A stretch of DNA of 64,000 bases from the human T2T-CHM13v2.0 reference genome, Homo sapiens. The translations under genes and the position numbers were made by a program. The notes under the pieces were generated by a model. That model was not told where the DNA came from. It saw only the letters and a list, made by a program, of their open reading frames with translations, and did not search any database. Location: assembly GCF_009914755.1 (NCBI RefSeq), contig NC_060931.1, one strand, 5' to 3'. This document shows positions 56,620 through 64,000 of this stretch, piece by piece. Position 1 is the stretch's first letter; each line of letters opens with the position of its first letter.

Positions 56620-57371
56620 CTGAACTGTAATCAAGGATTAGAGCTGTATTTTGCGATATTTTCTAAGGATTAAATGAAAGATCAAGGATAAGGGGAATTC
56701 AATATTCAATGGCTAAAAAAGTTATTGTAGATTATTCTTGGTATGATGTAAAATTAATGATTTAAAAATAGAAAGGGGCTATGGAGAAAAAGCTCAAGTG
56801 CCAATTTTTACTGTGGGGAAAAGATAACTTACATGACTTGATTATAAGGAAATAGCGTTGCCACTGTGAACCACTTATAAAAAGCGGTCTTGTTACTGGA
56901 ACTAGGCTGTACTTTGTGGGTGCTTCAGGCTATGCTGTTTGCCCTTCTGTCCTAGCATCATCTCTGGTACTAATATTCCCTTGTTTAGTGCCCCCAGACA
57001 AATGAGGTGGGATGGAATGCACTGGATAGTCAGCACTACCTAAACTCAGTCCAACAAGTGGGATGTGAAAAATCCCATCACTTGCAGAGGAATCAATGTT
57101 AAAGAAAAAAAGCTGTCCTGACACTCTGGACTCTGTACTTGTTCTATAATACTCTGATGTTTCCTTAAATTCCTGAACAACATTCTGTTTACTAAATTTC
57201 TTTTCTTCCTTTATTCACACCAAATTCCACCCTATAATAGAAGCTAATTATTTCAGAAAGCTTTTTAGTGATCATTTATTACTTTGTGTTTACTAGATAT
57301 TAATTCTAAGATGAATTCCTTTAGAATTTTAGAAAAAAATTATTCTAGACAACAATCAAAGTAAAGGATAC
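56620..57371 (-). other. SRI: U12-type (minor spliceosome) GT-AG intron of SRI
   Basis: 5' splice site GTATCCTTT (57371-57363); branch sequence TCCTTGAT (56637-56630) ~12 nt from the AG; no polypyrimidine tract. Confidence 0.92.
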
Positions 57372-57415
57372 ATCCAGCATTGAAACCATAAGCCGGCAAG
57401 TCTCCAGGTTAAAAG
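57372..57415 (-). CDS. SRI: Sorcin exon (PFNLETCRLMVSMLD)
   Basis: taacag acceptor, U12 donor, 44 nt, phase 1-0. Confidence 0.96.
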
Positions 57416-57660
57416 CTGTTAAATCAAGAAAAGTACATACATATTAACACAAATCCAAAAATTCACATTACACTGGATACATTCAAATTAATTAGAAATA
57501 TGATTATTATACACTTTTATTTTTATATGCTATCAATTTACGTGTGACTAATCATATGGAACTTCAAAGTAGCCTTTTCTCCATAAAGAAGATTTTTTGC
57601 TAGGAACCCAAATTTGATTTAAATAACTTTGACAGAATTCCTTTTAAAAAGTATTACATA

Positions 57661-57956
57661 GTCCGGGTATGGTGGCTCACGCCTGTAATCCCAGCACTTT
57701 GGGGGGTGCCGAGACAGGCGGATCACCTGAGGTCAGGAGTTTGAGACCAGCCTGGCCAACATGGCAAAAACTCGTCTCTACTAAAAATATAAAAATTAGC
57801 CAGGCCTGGTGGCACACACCTGTAATCTCAGCTACTCAGAAGGTTGAGGCAGGAGAATTGCTTGCACCTGGGAGGAGGCGGTTACAGTGAGCTGAGATCA
57901 TGCCACTGCACTCCAGCCTGGGTGACAGGGCAAGACTCCATCTCAAAAAAAAAAAA
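57661..57956 (+). mobile_element. AluSx/Sz-like
   Basis: Full Alu; TSD aaaaagtattacatagt at 57646-57662 and 57952-57968. Confidence 0.95.
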
Positions 57957-58912
57957 GTATTACATAGTACTGTTCATACTTTCTTGCTTTGAAACTGTAA
58001 TATAGCGAGTTCAAGTCACCATAACGAACCATAATGTATTATATCCAACATGGTGGGTGGGAAGTCAGGGTTGCTTTGTTCCTACTCATAAATGACTATA
58101 AATTGCTGGTTTTGCTAATTTTGTGTCTGATTACTTGTTTTTCTATTTTCCCTTCAATGTCAGGTACTGAGCAGTAACCTCCTACCTCAAATAGTCTATG
58201 ACCTCTTAGCTTATATATGAAACCAGATAAATATGGTTGTTAGAATTATGTGTTAAATAAGAGTACTCTAGATAAGACCCCATGACCAATTCAGTGGTGG
58301 CCACTATTCAGAAGCCTTTTTAATTTACCTACAGTTTAGGAGTATTATGAGGGCATTTTGGTACCTCACTTATGTAACCAAACCAGAGCACATGCAATGG
58401 GTGTGGTTACTGGTAACCTAAGCATTAGGAAATTAAAAACCACCTCTTACATTGAATTAATGGGAATCAATGACTGAAGAAATTGTATAGGTACAAAGAA
58501 GCTACAACGCTAAATGGCAGAAGTGACAAGGGTCACGTGGGAAAAGCTGGTATAAATTCTGCAAGCTTGTTAACACACAGAACATTTTTAACAGCTCTTT
58601 GTAGCTTCATATTTTTTCTCAAACCAAACTGAAATTAAAACACAACTGCGCTCATTACTGTAATGTCTCCCAACAGTGCAAACTATAGGTTTTACACATT
58701 TAATAGATTCCTGTGTTTGGCATATGCTTTACTGGAAATAAAAGACTAGTGACTATTTCTATTTTGGTCCTTCAATCTCCATTTGATCCACAGATAATAT
58801 TCTCTGAGGTGAGAGGAGGAGGAAGCACTTTTTACAGTTTGGGAAAGAGCTGGTAGATTCTTCATTCTGACTTTTAAGTTGTGTGGAGGTATGAAGTCCC
58901 TCTAATCTGGAG

Positions 58913-59395
58913 CTGTAGTTCTCCACACTTGTGCTTATCTGAATCAAAGCTTTAAAAGATTCTGATACCTGGGCTGCACCATAGAACAATTAAATCAGGA
59001 ACTCTGAGTGTGGGACCCAGGTATTTGTATTTTTAAAAAGCTTTTCAGATGATTCTAGTGAGCAGCCAAGGTTGAGACCACCATTCTACTCAAAGTGTGA
59101 TTCCTGGACCAGCCATATTAGCATCACCCAGGAGCTTGAAGAACTGCAGAATCTCAGCCCTTACCCTACACCAATAAAATCAGAAGCTGAATTTTAGCAG
59201 ATGTGCAGGTGATAGATATTCATGTTAAAGAAGCTGGTTCAACCTGAACCAGCATCACATGGAAACCTGTTAGAGGTGAAATTCTCAGGACTCACTCCAG
59301 ACCTCTGAATGAGAAACTCTAGGGCATGACCCAGCAATCTGGTTTTTGTAAGCTTTCCAGGTGATGCCAATGCTGCTAAAGTTTAAGAACTGCTC
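58913..59395. mobile_element. Cluster of three abutting MER5-family hAT MITEs (MER5B-, MER5A1- and MER5A-like)
   Basis: Repeated MER5 motifs: caattaaatcaggaactctg...gatgattctagtgagcagccaaggttgagaccac; ctcaaagtgtgattcctggaccagc...gcagaatctcagccc; ccaggtgatgcc...ctaaagtttaagaactg. Confidence 0.75.
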
Positions 59396-59479
59396 TGGAC
59401 GGCCTGACAACCACAGCGCAGAGCCAACTGTGTTGGGCTCACATGAAGGTATTGAAGGGGCTATGAGGCAGACAGCTTC

Positions 59480-60197
59480 TCTGTCTCTGTTAATGAATGG
59501 CACCCCCATCCACTCAGCAGTAACCCAAGCCAGAAACCTGGGAGCCTCCTCAATTCCCTCTCCACCAATAATCAATCACCTTCTAAACAGCTGTAGAGTC
59601 CATTTCCAGCCCCACTGTCTCCTTAGTTAGCATTTCTCTCACCTGTATGACTCCAGCAGCTCCCTAATGGGCATCCCTGACTCTTGTTTTACTTCCATGT
59701 CCCCCAATTTATTAGTCTTTACAGTCAGGGGTAGTATGTGCTCTCCTATGCAAAACCCAGTATCAGTGATCTACTGCTCTCAGGATAAAGTCCAAGCACC
59801 TTAACTGGTACATAAGGTAACACACTTATTTTGCAAGTCAGGCTCATCTCTTACTCTTGTTCAACCCCGTACACTATCTTCATGGAGAATTTCTCAATTT
59901 CTTGACTGAACCACGCTATTTCTGGGTCTTCTGCACATGCTGTTCTAACAACCTAGGACACAACTTCCCCATCCCACTCACTTCATGGTCGGCCTCATTT
60001 CTGCTCAGCTTAGGTATCAATTCTGCAAGGAAAACTTTCCTGACTCCTGTCTGGGTTATGTGCCCATTCTATGTGATTCCACAGCCTCTCTCTTATCCCA
60101 GTGCTTTTCCCAACACCCAGGCATTGATTGTGGCTACAGAGCCAGCACCTAGCTCATAGGAAGTATTCACTAAAAATGCACTGGTATGGATGGATGG
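59480..60197 (+). mobile_element. LINE-2 relic (3' part)
   Basis: ggcacccccatccactcag...aagccagaaacctgggag and an L2-like 3' end (cagcacctagctcataggaagtattcactaaa...ggatggatgg); approximate. Confidence 0.65.
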
Positions 60198-60399
60198 CAC
60201 CAAATTCTCACCCCCACGCAGGAAGCTGTAGAGCCCTGCACTTTATATGTACAACCCTCTTAGATCGTCTAAGAAGGAATGTTTTTTGAATAAAATTTTC
60301 TGATCTTTACTAATGCTCAAAAATTAATGTATAATCTTAAATCAAAAAGCCAATAAGGCTACAGGGCTATAATTTTTCTGACACAGAAAATTTTCCATA

Positions 60400-60960
60400 T
60401 TCATTAACTCAACAGCCACTGTTAAGTACTTATTATGTTCAGGGCTCAGGGTAACAGGAACTTTGCAGATACAGTTGTGAAACTGCATACCGTCCTAGCT
60501 GACAGTCTAAGGAAAAGATAAGTCACATACACATATAACCCTAATCATGGTAGAGTGCTGAATTATAATGGAGGGGCCAGAAAGTACCAGAAGGGATTGA
60601 GAAGTGAGAAGCTCCTTCCCAGTAAGAGAATCAAGAAAGACTTTATAGAAGACAAAGAATTTAAGCCAAGCCTTGAATGACAAGAATGATGGGGGCATTT
60701 GGTGACAGCTAAGGACCAGCATAAGCAAAGAGAGAAGTAGAAGGCCTAGGACAGGCAAAGCGTAAGTGAATAGCTCAATATGACTTTCAAAGAGTACAAA
60801 AGGAGTGGGAGAAAATATGTTTGGTCAGGGGAGGGTGCATTACAGAGGACCTTGAATTCCTTCTAAGCTGTTAGTAAAGACTGAGGAGGAGAGGGACAGA
60901 TCAGGAAGATCAGGAATCTGGTCATCTTTTGTGAGAAGGATCTGAAAGGGCAGTGAGATG
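60400..60960 (-). mobile_element. LINE-2 relic, opposite orientation
   Basis: ttcattaactcaacagccactgttaagtacttattatg... followed by purine-rich L2 antisense pattern; approximate. Confidence 0.55.
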
Positions 60961-61079
60961 GCAGTGAACAAAAGTGAATGAACAAAAAATACACCATTCT
61001 AGACAGTTCCAATGAACTAGAACGCTGATGTCCAATAAGTTTTGGTAAGGAAAACTCTTTCTCAATTTTGTTAATAATA

Positions 61080-61260
61080 TAGCTTTTATTAGTGTTAATT
61101 CTATTTTAAATAATTATTTAAAATTAATTAAAATTATAAGTATTATATATTAGTTACGTAAATGTAACTACATATAATTATAACTATAAATTATAATTAA
61201 AATTATTAATTCAACATTTTGAAATTATTTAAATTAAATAATGTTAATTTTAATAATTTC
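61080..61260. repeat. AT-rich low-complexity tract
   Basis: Almost entirely A/T over ~180 nt. Confidence 0.85.
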
Positions 61261-62478
61261 CAAAGAATCTCTGCTGTAATTTACCTTTACTCTTTTTCTT
61301 CTCTTCTGTTCATTCTACTAGAATGCCTCAAACATCTTTTCTTCTCACAGAAACATACAATATAATGGACCTAGAAGGAAAGCCCTACCTCCAGCTGTTT
61401 CTCTCAACCTTATCACAGACGAACAACTAAATTCAGGGAAAAAAGAGAAGCTGAATTACAATCTTACTGACTGGAACACAACTTCTCTCACCAACTCCAC
61501 CTCTAGGTATGACTGCTTCCTTTTAAACTGGTTAAGAAGGGCCCATAGGCTCTGAGCTGGAGTATCCCACCTGCTCATCCAATTCGGACCTGTGCTTTTT
61601 GGTTTGGAAGTTGGGTTTAAAAGACTAATGGCCATATAATATCTGCATTACAAAACACTGACACCTCATAGGCAGGATGGTTCTGTGGTTCAGTACGGCC
61701 ACCAGAGAGTAGGCAAATGGATTCAATCACATAGGCCCCATGATTCAGGAAATGCTTTCTCTTTAATGCATTGATCTAAGGCCATCACTAAATGTGGCTT
61801 TCTCAATGAAATTTTAAAAGGACTGCTCTCTAACAATATACAACCCATTTTGTTAGTCAGATTCTAAAATCTGCCACACCTCATCTACTGAAAGGATGTA
61901 GAATAACAGGCCATGCTGTGATCTCACTGCACTTTGATAAACCCTGCTAATAGGCAGGCCTACCTTGTTTACCAGCTCAATTGCGTAACAATTAACAATT
62001 TAAATGTACTGCCTACACAGTAAAGAATAACATCCCCTAATCCAAAAAGTGCTTATTTTGTTTAGGACTAGATTAAATAACAGGAACTTGAAAGGTTCTT
62101 CGTTTGTATTAATTCCTCTAATTAGGAAAGAGTAATAGGATACTAAAGTCACATAAAACAAAGGATAATGAAAACAAATGCAAAGAGTTCAAAGACAGCC
62201 ATCTAATACATGCCATGTCAAATAGTTTTTAAAAAAAGGCCACTATAAATTCACAGCTGTGAATTCTAGTTTGAACATTTTAATCCACAGCTAACCATGA
62301 AATTGGGTCTTCAATTTGATGTTTTGTCTCAATTAACAACTGGCAAAGAAGTTGGTAATGTATTTGAACTAAGACATTATTCTCTACCCTGGAAATCTAT
62401 CATGTTCAAGATCTAATTTCAAGAGGAACCACTTCATATGTGTTGGATGATGAGAAGCCCCCAGTTGGGATGCAGCAA

Positions 62479-62767
62479 TTTTTTGGATTTTCTGAGACAG
62501 GCTGTCACCCAGGCTGGAGTGCAGTGGCACAATCTTGGCTCACTGCAACCTCCGCCTCCTGGGCTTGTATAATCCTCCCACCTCAGCCTCCTGAGTAGCT
62601 GGGACCACAGGTGCATGCCACCATGCCTGGCTAATTTTTAAATTTTTTGCAGAGACAAGGTTTCACTATGTTGCCCAGGCTAGTCTTGAACTCCCGGGCT
62701 CAAGCAATCCTCCCACCTCAGTCTCCTAAAGTGCTGGGATTACAGGTGTGAGCCACTGTGCCCTGCC
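62479..62767 (-). mobile_element. AluJ-like
   Basis: Reverse-complement Alu; degenerate TSD gggatg[c/g]agca at 62467-62477 and 62769-62779. Confidence 0.93.
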
Positions 62768-63261
62768 AGGGATGGAGCATCTTTGCAGTATTTCATTACT
62801 CTCAGCTCATGGCAGAGTGTTCAAAAGGCAGGGGTAGGGTAAGGGCTGAATTATGGAGCAGCAGGTCCAGTAAGTAGAAAGGCCACTTCCCACTTAGCCT
62901 GAATACATTCTATGAAGTGGAAGAGGAAAGACCTGAGGGATGTCATGGCAACCACTTATGTTAGCAGGAGCATGCCCAAAGCTCAGAGACCAGGAGTGCA
63001 GGATAGGCCACTCAGGGACCAGGGGTGCAGGGCAGCAACTCAAAGCCCTAAGTGCCACCAGGTCAGGGCAGAGTAGGCTCTTGGCAAATAACAGTAAATA
63101 TCAGTTCCTAATGTCAGTTAATGACCCCTGACCTGGCAGATTCCATTTCAGCACCCTACCTTGTCCTCTGTGAAGGAGGCCACCCAAACTGTCTCACTGG
63201 TTCTAGGTACACAAAACCCAAATCTGAGAAATCCACTAGATTGGCAGGTAGGATGGAATAA

Positions 63262-63428
63262 TTTATTATTATTATTATTTTAAAGACAAGGTCTTGCTCT
63301 GTTGCTCAGGCTGGAGTGCAGTGGTACAATCATAGATTACTGCAGCCAAAAACTCTTGGCTTCAAGCGATCCTCCTGCCTGGGCCTCTGAAGTACTGGGA
63401 TTACAGGTGTGAGCCACTGTGCCCAGCC
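63262..63428 (-). mobile_element. Alu monomer (FRAM/FAM-like)
   Basis: Single ~165-nt monomer with (TAT)n tail. Confidence 0.85.
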
Positions 63429-63611
63429 TGGAGTGATTTAAAAACTGTTTTCAAATCAACATTTTGAAATAGTACTGTATTTTAGCTTTCGGAATTCTAA
63501 ACTTTGCTAGATCCGACAAGCTCAGTTTTCTTGAAGGCTGTAATCACAAGTAACAGCTAAGATAGGAAACACAAGAGTATATTTAGACAAACTTTGGGAC
63601 TGTCAACTTAC

Positions 63612-63681
63612 GTTTGTATCCTCCAGCAATGCCAGACTGTGTCAGACATCTCTGCAATTCATCAGCATCTATCTGCCCATC
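63612..63681 (-). CDS. SRI: Sorcin exon ([23 protein letters not shown](P)), EF1; upstream exons lie beyond the window
   Basis: tttcaaaag acceptor, gtaagt donor, 70 nt, phase 0-1. Confidence 0.96.
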
Positions 63682-64000
63682 CTTTTGAAAAAAAATTAGA
63701 GGAATCATAATAGTGATTTGTACTTTCAAGTTGTTTACCTTCAGCATTCAATGAAGCAATAACAACAAAGAAAATCAGTATCTTTTTTTTATTTAAAAGG
63801 AATGCCTTTTTTTTATTAAAAGGAATGCCTTCCAAAAGTGGGCATTCTTTTCCTTAACCCACTTCCAAAAGTAATTTAATGATGAAAGAAAGAGTCTGTC
63901 TTGGCAACTACTCTTCTCTCAATCTGAGCTAGCAAACTGCTACAGCTAAACATTTTAAAATATTTTTTTTTGATGGGGGTGGAGAGAGCAAGGTACAAAG

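Noticed and set aside
60140-60460. Tail-to-tail L2 pair as a miR-28-like hairpin precursor
   Set aside because: The ends are ~200 nt apart and too diverged to form a pre-miRNA-sized stem.
63795-63853. Duplicated taaaaggaatgcctt with an inverted copy ggcattcttt
   Set aside because: Short local slippage or hairpin in an intron, with no evidence of function.

Overview
This is AT-rich human (primate) genomic DNA from the ADAM22/SRI locus (7q21), identified by translating exons and recognising the proteins. The + strand carries the 3' part of ADAM22: cysteine-rich, EGF-like, transmembrane and cytoplasmic exons ending in the PDZ ligand LWETSI-stop at 42980, then a ~6.4-kb 3' UTR with a distal AATAAA at 49355. 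The - strand carries the last six coding exons of sorcin (SRI), convergent with ADAM22 across a ~2.2-kb gap that holds a solo THE1 LTR. The remainder is intron with L1, Alu, MIR, L2 and MER5 repeats; most ORFs in the supplied track are chance or repeat-derived. I find no wholly new gene or system. Three signals are most worth following up. (1) The ADAM22 cytoplasmic tail is a modular splicing unit: frame-preserving phase-2 modules of 18, 108(+87), 111, 87 and 30 nt, several alternative C-termini lacking ETSI, a candidate recursive-splice (RS) exon, and RBFOX, QKI, NOVA and U11-like motifs. (2) SRI has a GT-AG U12-type (minor spliceosome) intron. (3) A younger L1 nested in an older L1 carries a 17-bp TSD and an apparent 3' transduction. 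Exon and TSD coordinates were read by hand. Boundaries of old repeats and subfamily calls are approximate and rest on recalled consensus sequences.
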